From: Heteronotia binoei | Lineage: Eukaryota | DNA length: 64,000 nucleotides | Reading direction: 5' to 3' | NCBI RefSeq assembly: GCF_032191835.1 | Contig: NC_083240.1 | Location: 27,652,001-27,716,000 of the forward strand | Shown here: piece after piece, positions 12,089-24,572 of the stretch | Layout: each line of letters begins with the position of its first letter | Numbering within the stretch: position 1 is the stretch's first letter | Translations under genes and position numbers: made by a program | Notes under the pieces: generated by a model | Databases searched by the model: none | What the model saw: the letters and a program-made list of their open reading frames with translations, nothing else | What the model was told of the DNA's origin: nothing

Positions 12089-12346
12089 GCAGGAATCAAA
12101 TCCAGTCCTCCAGATTAGAGTCCATCACTCTAGATAAGAGTCTGCCGCTCATAGTCACTACACCACCATGGATTTTGCATGGACCAATATGGTTGTTTGC
12201 AGCTTTCCCCATATGTTTTTTTGTTGTTGTAGTGTGCCCTCCTCTCCTTAAGGGGGCAGTGCATGCACAAGGAAAGAGCTCTTGCCAGCCAAGGATGGGA
12301 AAACTGTGTAGGTAGACCCACTGGCAGCTAAATCAAAGGCATGATA

Positions 12347-12646
12347 TGGGAGCCCCGTGGCGCAGAGTGTTAAAGCTGCAGTACTGCAGTCCTAAGCTTT
12401 GCTCATGACCTGAGTTCGATCCCCAGTGGAAGCTGGGGTTTCAGGTAGCCGGCTCAAGGTTGACTCAGCCTTCCATCCTTCCGAGGTGGGTAAAATGAGT
12501 ACCCAGCTTGCTGGGGGGAAAGTGTAGATGACTTGAGGAAGGCAATGGCAAACCACCCCGTAAAAAGTCTGCTGCGAAAACGTTGTGAAAGCAAAGTCAC
12601 CCCAGAGTCGGAAACGACTGGTGCTTGCACAGGGGACCTTTCCTTC
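12347..12646 (+). mobile_element. tRNA-head SINE with conserved core and RTE/Bov-B-type tail (Sauria/Squam1-like)
   Basis: A/B boxes (gtggcgcagagtg, gagttcgatccc); core gttgactcagccttccatccttccgagg; tail gaaggcaatggcaaacc...gagtcggaaacgactg; TSD catgata. Confidence 0.85.
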
Positions 12647-13427
12647 CATGATAAGTAGCCATATTACATGCCATGTACTCAAAGAACATAAATTGCAATA
12701 ACAACTATACAACATGCATCCAGATTGCAAGCAAACTTACCAAATCAACAGTTTGGCAGACAAGCAGTATCATTAAGCAAGGCATAAGCAAGCCTAGAAA
12801 GAAACAAAATATTTATTTACTTAGTATTTGAACCTAGTTTTTCTCCCAAAAGAGATACAATTTGGTTTACAACATTTTTTTTAAAAACCCCACATATGTA
12901 GACCAATATGTAGACAGAAGCAGAGGAGCCCCAGAGGGAGCATCCATTTGTTCCCATAGTAGGAGCCAGCTGTAAGCCTAACAACAGAGATGGGCAGCCC
13001 TTTCTCAGAGCTCCCTAACTTGATCAACATGCCCGGAACTGGAACCAGAGGTGGAGATACATAGAGGAGGGGCTGGAGCTATGCAAACGGTCTGGCTCAG
13101 TTCTCAGTTATAATTGCAACTTGGGGCATGAAGTAAAGTTGCCGATCTCCAGGTGGGACCTTGGGATCTCCTGGCATCACAACTGATCTCCAGAAGAAGG
13201 AGATTTGCTCACCTGGAGAAAAGGGCTATTTTGGAGGGCAAACTCCATGGCATTATACCCTGCAGACATCCCTCTCCTCCCCAAACCCCACCCTCCCCAG
13301 GCGCCACCTTAAAATCTCTAGGTATTTCCCAACCAGGAGTTGACAACCTGCCTCTTGTAGCAGCTGCTCTATGACCTTCTTCCTTGGCCCACATCTTGCC
13401 TCTCTTAATGATTTCATGGGTTATTAA

Positions 13428-13598
13428 CAGGGGTGGAATTCTAGCAGGAGCTCCTTTGCATATTAGGCCACACACCCCTGATGTAGCCAATCCTCCAAGA
13501 GCTTACAAAAAAGAACCTTGTAAGCTCTTGCAGGATTGGCTACATCAGGGGTGTATGGCCTAATATGCACAGGAGCTCCTGCTAGAATTCCACCCCTG
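13428..13598. mobile_element. 171-bp near-perfect hairpin hAT MITE
   Basis: TIR caggggtggaattctagcagg; perfect 8-bp TSD gttattaa. Confidence 0.92.
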
Positions 13599-14608
13599 GT
13601 TATTAATAACTGGAGCCTTTGCTAACATATATAAATATATGAAGCTTCCATGTAGTGAATCAGACGTATGCAATGGGTTTTTTTGAGCAGGAACACACAG
13701 GAACGCAGTTTCAGCTGATGGCATCAAGGGGGTGTGGCTTAATATGCAAATGAGTTCCTGCTGGACTTTTTCTACCCCAAAAAAGGCCCTGGTAAGCAGC
13801 TTATAATAGATATAAATTTATAATAGGCATAGGTTTAATATTAGTTATATGATCTTTTCCATTTATCTTGTATTCAATTTGATTCAATTTTTAATTCAAG
13901 CTGTTAATAGTATAAGAAGCATGCATGCACACAGAATTAAACTTTGTTGTTCTTAAAGGTGCCCCCAGACTCTAGCTTTGTTCTCTTGTTTCAGACCAAC
14001 ATGGCTGCTCCCACCTGAATAGTATACTCTACCAGGGATCCTCCCTTACAATAGAGGGAGAGGATGCTTTTAAACAAATGAAGTCTTGCAGGATGGCATC
14101 CTTGCAAAAGGGCCATCTGATCCTTTAAAGGCTCCGCCTGCTCGCTCCCTCGGCTCTTGCCACGTGATCTGTTTTGATGCACCAGCCAGGCCTGGTCCAG
14201 AAGGCGTTGTGGCTTTAATGAAGCCCCAGGAAAGGACTCAAAATGCAGCCGGCTTCCTTGGCTTTGGAACTGTCAATTAGCAGCACGGTTATTCTGGAAA
14301 GCCTTTTAAGTGGAGCCAAGGAGCTCAGCAGCAGCATGGGGCATTTGGATGGATCAATGTCTGGAGATCTGTCTGGGGGTGTCAGATGTTGATTTCGGCA
14401 ACCTCATGCTGTCTGGCCTGAGCCTGGGCCCTTAGAGAGAAGGACCCTTTCAATCATGGTTCAAAGAGGCCAGATTTTGTATAGCTGCTGGCCTCCGTGG
14501 TAGTTCTATATTCATTTAATGGATTAGATTTGTTTATTGCAATATAATGTGTGTAACATTAACGTTTCTGGTAATGTGTTTACTTTTGTGCTGGTCTTTG
14601 ACTGCAAT

Positions 14609-14906
14609 GTGGAGCTCCGTGGCGCAGAGTGGTAAAGCTGCAGTACTGCAGTCGGAGCCCTCTGCTCACGACCTGAGTTCGATTCCAGCGGAAGCCGGTT
14701 CAGGTAGCTGGCTCCAGATTGACTCAGCCTTCCATCCTTCCGAGATCGGTAAAATGAGTACCCAGCTTGCCGGGGGGGAAGAAGTGTAATGACCGGGAAA
14801 GGCAATGGCAAACCATCCTGTAAAAAGGTCTGCTGTGAAAACGTTGTGAAAGCAGCGTCACCCCAGAGTCGGAAATGATTGGTGCTTGCACAGGGGATCT
14901 TCCCTT
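14609..14906 (+). mobile_element. Second Sauria/Squam1-like SINE
   Basis: Same structure as 12347; perfect 14-bp TSD tctttgactgcaat. Confidence 0.9.
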
Positions 14907-15109
14907 TCTTTGACTGCAATAAATCATTCACTCTTTCATTCATTCATTCTTTCATTTAGGGATAGGGATGCCTTTTTAACGTCTCTTCATCCAGATTGAT
15001 CCTCACATTTTTAAATTTCAGATCATCTAGCCTTTCTCCCCCCGCTCCCCCGCCCCCGCATGCGCAGTTTGGCTTCTTCCATTCATTTGCATCTTTCCCC
15101 CCTGCATTC

Positions 15110-15635
15110 CTGATGCACGCATATGTATTGATAAAAAGATACCACCAAAGCAATCGGATGTGATTGTATGTAGAGTTCCATCAAGGCTCCTTTTGTGCGG
15201 TGCTTCACCAAAGTGCAGGAGCTCCTGTGCACATCTTTCTGTTGCAAATGAGGCGTGAGGGGGTTTCCGTGTTTTCACTGCTGTTTGCTATGCCATGTGT
15301 TCCACTCCTCCTTCCGCTTGATTCAGTTAGAAGAATTTCTAAAATTAATTCCAGAAGGAGCTGCAAGCTGCTGCAAGCTACACATGAAAAGGAACACATG
15401 CGGTTTGCCACAACATTTGAGTGTTAATTTGCATTTTGCACCTTTGCGTTATTGAGGTATACGTATGCATTGGTAAAATACCATACCATTGCTGTGTATA
15501 AATGCATTTCAGTTCTTTGTTGTGGGGGCTTACTGACACACGTGCTTCCGTGTAAAAGCGCACAAAAAAGAATCTTGATGCATACAATCGCATCAAGATT
15601 GCTTTTTTGCAGTGTTTTATCAGTGCCCACCTGCA
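15110..15635. mobile_element. Old palindromic MITE-like element
   Basis: Degenerate inverted arms (tgataaaa..aaagcaatc..gattgtatg..catcaag..ttttgtgcg versus its reverse complement near 15555-15625). Confidence 0.5.
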
Positions 15636-15789
15636 CTTCAGTAACATGAGGGGGGAGATGTGATTTTAGAACAAAGACTTGATCATTTATAATTCTGTAA
15701 TCTGAAGAATTTCACAATCGTCCCTAATTTAATCATCTGCCATAACAAATGGAAGAGAACAGCTGCCAGTGCGACTTTGTTGTTGTCGT

Positions 15790-15965
15790 TGCCCTCAAGT
15801 CACAGCCGAGGGCCCTGTAGGGTTTTAAAGGCAAGAGGTGCTCTGCCATTGCCAGCCTCTGCATAGCAACCCTGGACTTCCTCGGAGGTCGCCCATCCAA
15901 ATACTAGCCCCTGGTTAGCTTTCGAGATCTGACAAGATTGAGCTAACCTGGGCTATGCAGGTCAG
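15790..15965 (-). mobile_element. 5S-derived SINE
   Basis: Reverse complement reads tcttgtcagatctcgaaagctaacc...ttggatgggcgacc...ggcaatggc. Confidence 0.7.
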
Positions 15966-16831
15966 GCCAGTGCTATTAGATACCACTAAATCCATGATGC
16001 AGCACTAAACCCGGGATGCAGTACAATTACAAGTTAAGCACCCAGATGTGAAAACATCTGTTGCCTTTAAATTAAGCAGTATGATACAGATATGGGTTTT
16101 TTTTTTTAAAATTACTGCAAGAGAATCTAACTGGTTCTGGGGCACTGTGTAAGTTTGCAGTGAGTTCTGAATCCGCGGCTTCCTGAATCCTGATCTGTCA
16201 CTCATTTGGGGGAGAAAATCAGGACAACTCCAATGTCATCAAAAGCTGCTCGACTCAGGGCTTCCCATGTATATATCCCTTTTTTGTAGCTTGTATCTTC
16301 TTTTTCTTTCTCTCCCCTTCGGCTTTTGCATTTTTATGTGTATTTCAAAAGGCCATGATTTAATGATTCTGTTCCTTTCACGTTCCCTCCCTCTCTCCTC
16401 TGTCTTTCCCTCTTTCTCTCTCTGCTGCTGCCTGCCTTGCCATTCCCCTTTTATCTGACAGCCCTCCCAAAACAGTGCAGAGCCCCAGACTGGTTTCATG
16501 TTACCAGTGTCTTCCTGATGAAAGGCTTCAGAGAGCAGGGGGAAGGGGGGGCAGGCTGACTGGATCTCAAAGCTTTCTTTATTCTAGCCACGTGCTGTGT
16601 CTGACATGCTTCCCCCACCCACCCGTGTTGCCTTGTGACTTTAACCAAGCCTGGAAGGGAGGAAGGCAAGGCACAGGCAATCTTTTAAAGGGTTGATCGA
16701 TTAATAGCCATGCTAGCTGAATGGAACCTCCAAGTCCAGAGGCAGTGTATACCACTGAATGCCGCAGGCTGGGGATGAACAATTTGAGCTTCCCACAGAC
16801 TGGGCACTGAAAGAAACAGATTGCCATACTA

Positions 16832-17084
16832 CAGGGGTGGCCAAACTTGCTTAATGTAAGAGCCACATAGAATAAACATCAAATGTTTGAGAGCCACAAG
16901 ACATGAACTTCGGATATTTGAGAGAGGAAGGGAGGGAGGGAGGGAGGGAGGGAGGGAGGGAGGAAGGAAGGAGAGATGGAAAGAAAGCAACTTTAAATGC
17001 ATTCTCCATGCCACCAGCTTGGAGCCACACACTATGTGTGAAAAAGCCACACGTGCCTCCCAAGCCACAGTTTGGCCACCCTTG
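16832..17084. mobile_element. hAT-Charlie-type MITE (CAGGGGTGGCCAAAC)
   Basis: TIRs; TSD ccatacta/ctatacta; internal (GGGA)n. Confidence 0.88.
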
Positions 17085-17409
17085 CTATACTAGGTAGATT
17101 TTTTGGTTGTCTCCAGCAAGGATTCTTGTATGTCCCAATTCATGTAGATTGGAATCCCCAACTTTGTTGAGCCTGCGGGGTACCTTGGGAATTTTGAGAG
17201 GGGGTAGTGAATGACATCTCAAACTGGCTGCCTCAGGAGCCACACCTGGCAAAAGAATTGCGGAAGGAATAAAAAGGCATGAAAGAAAGCCCAAGATGGG
17301 GCGGGAGAGAAAGAGAAGGGAGAATAACCCAAAATAAACTCTGAAAGGAGAATGAAGTCTCACAAGAGTCGTTTTGTGGGAAAATAGTGGTGGAGCTCAT
17401 TAGCATAAC

Positions 17410-17600
17410 CGGGGCTTTTTTTGGTAGAAAAAGCCCAGCAGGAACTCATTTGCATTTTAGGCCATACTCCCTGACATCACCACGGTTTCACACAGGCTTT
17501 TTGGGTAGAGAAAGCCCAACAGGAACTCATTTGCATATTAGGCCACACACCCCAACACCAAGCCAGCCAGAACTGTGTTACTGCTCCAAAAAAAGCCCTG
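17410..17600. mobile_element. Octamer-core MITE with internally duplicated end
   Basis: TSD agcataac/aacataac; the end segment ggctttt..gaaaaagccc..ctcatttgcat occurs twice. Confidence 0.8.
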
Positions 17601-18518
17601 AACATAACTCTTTAGCATATGCCGCCACCCACCACCAGCCAAAAGCAACCCAACACAAGAAAGGAGAGCTCCAGGTGAGTGAGGCCTGCTTGGGCTGGCT
17701 AGAGATCCAGCAAGCCCAAGTGAGCCTTGCTCACCTGGGGCTCTCCTTGGCCACCCCCCGTCAAAAGGCCAGCAAGCCACCCGCTGCCCAAAATCCCATA
17801 AGAAGTGGAGAAAGGGTGGCGTGGGCTTCTCCAGGGGTCAATGAGGGCTGCCGGAGGTGTGGCAAAGCTCCTGGTGGCTGGCTGGCTGCCTGCTCTCCTA
17901 AACCAGGGATTGTTATGCAGCTGCACCTCCTATTCAATGGACAAGGTAGGTGAGGAGGAAGAGGGGGAACCCTCAGAAAGGTGCAGGAGCTGTGCTCCTG
18001 TGAGCTCCTGCTGAATCTGAGGCCTGGAGTCTCAGACCTGGGTGCTTACTAGTCCTCCTTATCAACCAAAGGCAGCTGCTGCTGTTGCAGCCATGAAAAA
18101 AAACACTTTCCTTTGGACAAGGGCAGCCAGCAACAAGCCCCGCCTTGCTAAAGCCCAACCCACTTTCTTAAAAACTTGGTGAACACCAGGGGAGGTACAT
18201 GTGGGCACCGTGGCACTCACAGGCCCCACACTGGGAAACACTGATCTAGATGCTTGAGAGAATGGCTTGCCCCTTGCTCTACAGCAAAATCCATTTATTT
18301 GCAGCCACAGATAGGTATCCTGAACAAGCAGCCAGTTTGAAAATATTATATTTGGATCCATAATAGAAACCAACTGTGTGACCATGCACCAGCTGATCCA
18401 CAATGAAGCCATTTGCACTCAGCGAGAGCACAACCAATGGGGAAGAGCTGTGCTGCTTAGAAAGATGGTGCTTTGGAACATGATGGACACTTGCAGGTTC
18501 TGTGCTAGGGCTGTTGAG

Positions 18519-18967
18519 CTGCGCTGGGCAGGGCATATTTCCAGGATGGAAAACCACCGCCTTCCCAAGATTGCCCTGTATGGCGAACTTTCCACCGGCC
18601 ATCGAAATAGAGGGGCACCAAAGAAGAGGTACAAGGACTCCTTGAAGAAATCCCTTGGTACCTGTTGCATCAACCATCACCAGTGGTCTGACCTAGCCTC
18701 AGATCGCAAAGCATGGAGGCACACCATCCACCGGGCTGTCTCTTCCTTTGAGAACGCACGCATAGCTGGTCTTGAGGACAAAAGGAGATTGAGGAAGAAT
18801 CGCACTGCTACAGCACCAACCCCAAATCAGACTTTTCCCTGCAGCCACTGTGGCCGGACCTGCCTGTCCCGCATTGGTCTTGTCAGCCACCAGCGAGCCT
18901 GCAGCAGACGTGGACTACTGCACCTTTCTTAAATCTTCGTTCACGAAGTTAAGCCGAGAGAGAGAGA
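18519..18967 (+). mobile_element. 5'-truncated RTE-clade LINE (ORF2 C-terminus with CxxC...HxxxC zinc finger, (GA)n tail)
   Basis: LRWAGHISRMENHRLPKIALYGEL...FPCSHCGRTCLSRIGLVSHQRAC; 15-bp TSD gctagggctgttgag / gctagggctgctgag. Confidence 0.92.
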
Positions 18968-19541
18968 GCTAGGGCTGCTGAGGGGACTCCGGCGCTGAGG
19001 GGACCCTATTCTGTGCCCATATGATGCACAACAGCAATTAAGAGTCGTTCAAAGACCATATATCTAAATTTCCCCCTCCTGGATAAGTGTCCAGAATGGG
19101 TGCTATGATTTCATTTAGTTACTTCATTTATAATCTACCTTTGTCCCCAGTCGGAATCCAAAATGGCTGATGTGGTGTTCTCGCCTCCATTTTATCCTCT
19201 CAGCAACCCTGAAAAGTAGTTCACCTGGCAAGCTTCCATGGTGGAGTGCAAATTTGCATCTCCCAGACCTTCATCTCCCACCCTGACCACAGTGTGTCCC
19301 TGGCTTTCTATAGCACATGGTTACCAACCTCCAGATGGGGCCTGGAGCTCTCCTCCTCTTGCAACTGATCTGCATATTACATAAATCAGTTCTCCTGGAG
19401 AAAACGACGGCTTTGGAAGGTGGACTCTGTGGAATTGGACTATGCTGAGGTTCCCCCCACCCTACCCCTACCCCACCCTCTCCAGGCTTTACCCCCAAAA
19501 CCTCCAGGTATTTCTCAGCCCAGTTGGCAGTCCTACTATAG

Positions 19542-19679
19542 CAGGGGTGGCCAACGGTAGCTCTCCATATGTTTTTTTTGGCTACAACTCCCATCAGCCC
19601 CAGCCAGCATGGCCAATGGCTGGGGCTGATGGGAGTTGTAGGCAAAAAACATCTGGAGAGCTACCGTGGGCCACCCCTG
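19542..19679. mobile_element. 138-bp hairpin hAT MITE
   Basis: Near-perfect palindrome; perfect TSD tactatag. Confidence 0.93.
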
Positions 19680-20599
19680 TACTATAGCATGGTGGAAATA
19701 TACACTGAACGAAGGGGAAGGATTTTGTCCAGGTGAAGGACCAGTTGTGTGGCAGGAGGGGAAAGTGCAGCCCAAAGTGGAAACATGCAAAAGAATGTAG
19801 GGTTGCCAGCTTCCAGGTGGTGGCTGGAGATCTCCCACTATTACAACAGACCTCCAGACAATAGAGATCAGTTCCCCTGGAGAAAATGGCTGCTTTGGAG
19901 GGCATTGTACGCTGGTGAGGTTGTCTCCTCCCCAAACCCTGGGCTCCCCAGGCTCTACCCCCCCCCCCAAAAAAAATCTCCAGGTATTTCCCAACCCAGA
20001 GTTGGCAATACTACATGCAAGGCAGAGAAAGAGACAGCTAAGCAGGTGAGAGCAAGATGTTTTTTTCTGCTATTCCACCTGAACTCTGACATGCCAGGTA
20101 GACTGCTTTATTATTTAACAGCAGAAGCACATCCAAAGAGCATGAAAAATTCAGCAGGGCTCGAATGCCAAGTGGAGCTGATTGCAAGAGCTTCCATAAG
20201 CCCTTTACCTCCATCTTCATCATGGCACCAAATCACCCGGAGTATTTTCTGATCAAGAATATAGCTTTTCTCTCCCGGATCCCAGATGAGCAGAACCCTC
20301 CCACCATCCTTTTGAGGGATCAGTTTCTTCCAAGAGTCAGGAAGAGAGGAAGTGCATGTGCTGAGGACTCGTAAAGATGTAGAGAACATGTCCAAAGTGC
20401 AGTGGCCTCCCGAATGAGTAATCATTCTGCTCTGTTTGCATTAAGGATTGGGAGAAAGGCTTCTTTGAAACATGGCATCTGTTTTCGAAAGAAAGATGCT
20501 GAGGGCCAGTTCAACCACCATGTGCAAGGTACTCTGGAAGGGGCTGAGGCTCAGTGCTTGGCTTGCAGAAGTCCCCAGTTCAGACCTGAGCATCCCCAG

Positions 20600-21103
20600 A
20601 AGAGTTGCCAATCCCCAGGTGGGGGCAGGGGATCCCCCAGTCTGGAGGCCCTCCCCCCGCTTCAGGGTCATCAGAAAGCGAGGGGAGGGAAATGTCTGCT
20701 GGGCACTCCATTATTCCCTATGGAGATCAATTCCCATAGGGTATAATGGAGAATTGATCCACGGCATCTGGGGCTCTGAGGGGGCTGTTTTTTGAGATAG
20801 AGGTACCATATTTTCAGCATAGTATCCAGTGCCTCTCCTCAGTATACCCTCCAAGTTTCAAAACGTTTGGATTGGGGGGTCCAATTCTATGAGCCCCCAA
20901 AATTAGGTGCCATTATCTCTCATTATTTCCAATGGAGGGAAGGCGTTTAAAAGGAGATGGTACCCTCCCACCATGTGATGGCCAGAACTCCTTTTGGAGT
21001 TCAATTATACTTGTCACAACCTTGCTCCTGGCTCAACCCCCAAGTCTCCTGGGTCCACCCCCAAAGTCCCCAGATATTTCTTGAATTGGACTTGGCAACC
21101 CTA
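20600..21103 (+). mobile_element. Long TAGGG-type hAT-like MITE
   Basis: Full-length match to 24573-25080 in the opposite orientation. Confidence 0.85.
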
Positions 21104-21771
21104 ATCCCCAGTTAACAAATCTCAGGTAGCAGGAAGTGAGAAGACTCCTTTCCTGCCAGAGTTCCTGCCAGTCACAGTCGACAATACTGAGCTACCTGGG
21201 CCATGGCTCAGTGCAGGCTGAAGTTTCCAGTTTGATCAAGTTATAGAATCTCCATCACCAGTAGGGTTGCCAACTCCAGACTGGGAAATTTCTGGAGGTT
21301 GTGGGGGTGAAGACTGGAGGGAGGGCAGAGTTTGGGAATGGGAGGGTCCTTTGCAGGGTATAAAGCCATAGCATCTGCCCTCCAAAGCAGTCATTTTCTC
21401 CAATGGAACTGAACACTGTCACCATCAGGTATAATTCCAAGAGATCTCCAGACTTCACCTGGAGGTTGGCAATCCTAGTTAGCAGATGTTCAGGCAGATT
21501 CTACCTGAGAACCTAAAGAACCACTGCCAGTCAGAGAAGGTAAGACTGCTCCTCCAGACACACCCCTTGGTCACTACCACACGTGAATCTGATACCAAGA
21601 GAGGCCAGTGTAAAACAAGATCCAATCCACAGAGAAATCAGTTCATCTAAAGTGGTTTTGAGACATTCCAAGCAGGGTGGAATGCATACTAATTCTAATG
21701 AGAGTGGAACAAATTAATTGTGGAGGATGGGACATATTGGAGCTGACACTGGAAGAAGAAGGAGGATTCTT

Positions 21772-23305
21772 TCATTGAAATCTGCCTCCGTTCCTGAGGA
21801 CTGGAAGGTAGCAAATGTCACCCCCATCTTTAAAAAGGGTTCCAGAGGAGATCCGGGAAATTACAGGCCAGTCAGTCTGACTTCAATACTGGGAAAGTTG
21901 GTAGAAAGCATTATCAAGGACAGAATGAGTAGGCACATTGATGAACACGGGTTATTGAGGAAGACTCAGCATGGGTCCTGTAAGGGAAGATCTTGCCTCA
22001 CTAACCTGTTACATTTCTTTGAGGGGGTGAACAAACATGTGGACAAAGGAGACCCGATAGATGTTGTTTACCTTGACTTCCAGAAAGCTTTTGATAAAGT
22101 TCCTCATAAAAGGCTCCTTAGAAAGCTTGAGAGTCATGGAGTAAAAGGACAGGTCCTCTTGTGGATCAAAAACTGGCTGAGTAATAGAGAGTGAGTATAA
22201 ATGGGCAGTCTTCGCAGTGGAGGACGGTAAGCAATGGGGTGCCGCAGGGCTCAGTACTGGGTCCCATGCTCTTTAACTTGTTCATAAATGATTTGGAGTT
22301 GGGAGTAAGCAGTGAAGTGACCAAGTTTGCAGATGACACTAAATTGTTCAGGGTGGTGAGAACCAGAGAGGATTGTGAGGCACTCCAAAGGGATCTGCTG
22401 AGGCTGGGTGAGTGGGCGTCAATGTGGCAGATGCGGTTCAATGTGGCCAAGTGCAAAGTAATGCACATTGGGGCCAAGAATCCCAGCTACAAATACAAGT
22501 TGATGGGATGTGAACTGGCAGAGACTGACCAAGAGAGAGATCTTGGGGTCGTGGTAGATAACTCACTGAAAATGTCAAGACAGTGTGCGTTTGCAATAAA
22601 AAAGGCCAACGCCATGCTGGGAATTATTAGGAAAGGAATTGAAAACAAATCAGCCAGTATCATAATGCCCCTGTATAAATCAATGGTGCTGTCTCATTTG
22701 GAGTACTGTGTGCAATTCTGGTCGCCGCACCTCAAAAAGGATATTATAGCATTGGAGAAAGTCCAGAAAAGGGCAACTAAAATGATTAAAGGGCTGGAAC
22801 ACTTTCCCTATGAAGAAAGGTTGAAACGCTTGGGACTCTTTAGCTTGGAGAAACGTCAACTGCAGGGTGACATGATAGAAGTTTACAAGATAATAAATGG
22901 GATGGAGAAAGTAGAGAAAGAAGTACTTTTCTCCCTTTCTCACAATACAAGAACTTGTGGGCATTCGATGAAATTGCTGAGCAGACAGGTTAAAACGGAT
23001 AAAAGGAAGTACTTCTTCATCCAAAGGGTGATTAACATGTGGAATTCAATGCCACAGGAGGTGGTGGCGGCCACAAGCATAGCCACCTTCAAGAGGGGTT
23101 TAGATAAAAATATGGAGCAGAGGTCCATCAGTGGCTATTAGCCACAGTGTGTGTATATTCAACCATCACCACCACCTCCTGTATATACATTTTATATATA
23201 CAAAAATGTATATATATACATTTTTTTTGGCCACTGTGTGACACAGAGTGTTGGACTGGATGGGCCATTGGCCTGATCCAACATGGCTTCTCTTATGTTC
23301 TTATG
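21772..23305 (+). mobile_element. 5'-truncated CR1 LINE with intact 3' end
   Basis: RT motifs (GVPQGSVLGPMLFNLFIND, KFADDTKL); 3' UTR hairpin ggactggatgggccattggcctgatcc; (ttcttatg) tail. Confidence 0.96.
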
Positions 23306-23545
23306 AGGAGGTGGTGGTGATGGTTGAATTTATACCCTGCGCCCTACTGGGAGTCTCGGAGCAGCTTACAATCTCCTTCCCTTCCTCTCCCCACAACAGA
23401 CATCCTGTGAGGTAGGTGGGACTAAGAGAATTCTGAGAGAACTGTGACTGGCCCAAGGTCAGCTGCATGTGAAGGAGTGGAGAATTAAACCCAGTTCTCT
23501 AGATTAGAGTGTGCCTCTTTTAACCACTACACCAAGCTGGCTAGT
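23306..23545 (-). mobile_element. Squam3-like SINE (older)
   Basis: L2-type tail next to the CR1 tail; head accactacaccaagctgg. Confidence 0.7.
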
Positions 23546-24103
23546 AACCACTATGCCTGATAGTTTTTCACTGGGGGGGGGGGCGGAGTCTGGAGGGGCT
23601 TAGGCTGCCAAAAAGGAACCGGCCAAGGGCTCCAGCTATATATTTTGAGGCCATCCTGAGATCCTGTACTGTGACGGTGTGAACTTTCCTGTCAGCTCTA
23701 ACAACACCCACCCCCCTTTTAGAACATGTTCATGAGGCCTCATCTGTCTCTCTGAGTCATGGCCATACGCCCATGCATGTCTCACGTCCTTTGAAGTCAG
23801 ATGAATGAGAATTATTTATATCTTCATTACTAGAGCGGCAATGTGTAAGGCTCAATTCCAGGGATCTGCCAAAGGCCTGGAAATCACAGAGAGTGCTTAG
23901 TGCCTTTGGGTGTCAGGCATTTGAAAGTTAGCAAGCCTTACATGTAGCTATGTGGCACGGTTCCTCAAAGGTATGCAGTGCTCCGGTTTGGAGGAGAACT
24001 CAAGGGGGACAAAATTATTTGCAGATACCTCTCTGGGGGTTGAGAGACTGCATCACAGGAAAGAATTTCCCAGTTGTCAACCCAGAGTTGGCTTAGGCTA
24101 GAA

Positions 24104-24486
24104 CAGGGGTGGCCAGACCGCAGCCTGGGAGGCCCATGCAGCTCTTTCACACATATTGTGTGACTCTCACCCCCAGCCTCCCATAGGCTGGCTTGGAGAA
24201 GGCATTTCTCTCTTTCGATCCCTTCTGCGATCCAAGCCAGCTGGCAGCTTGCAGAATGTATTTAAAAATTAAAGTTGTTTTCTTTCCACCTGTCTCTCCC
24301 TTTCCCTCTAAAGTTAAATGTGTTCTCCAAGTTCCACCCCTATCGTTGTGCTGGCTGGCTGTTATCGTCAGCATCTCAGGAGCTGATGGGTCAGAGCAAA
24401 TCCAGCTGTGTTCATGTCTTGTGGCTCTCAAACCTCTGACGTTTAGTCTGCGTGGCTCTTACAGGAAGCAAGTTTGGCCACCCCTG
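24104..24486. mobile_element. hAT-Charlie-type MITE
   Basis: TIRs; perfect TSD ggctagaa. Confidence 0.9.
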
Positions 24487-24572
24487 GGCTAGAACGTCAG
24501 TCTTGGGAGTTACCTGGTTCTGTGTATTGATTTATACCCCATCACTTAATGTTTTACTCTTGAGGTGGGTTC

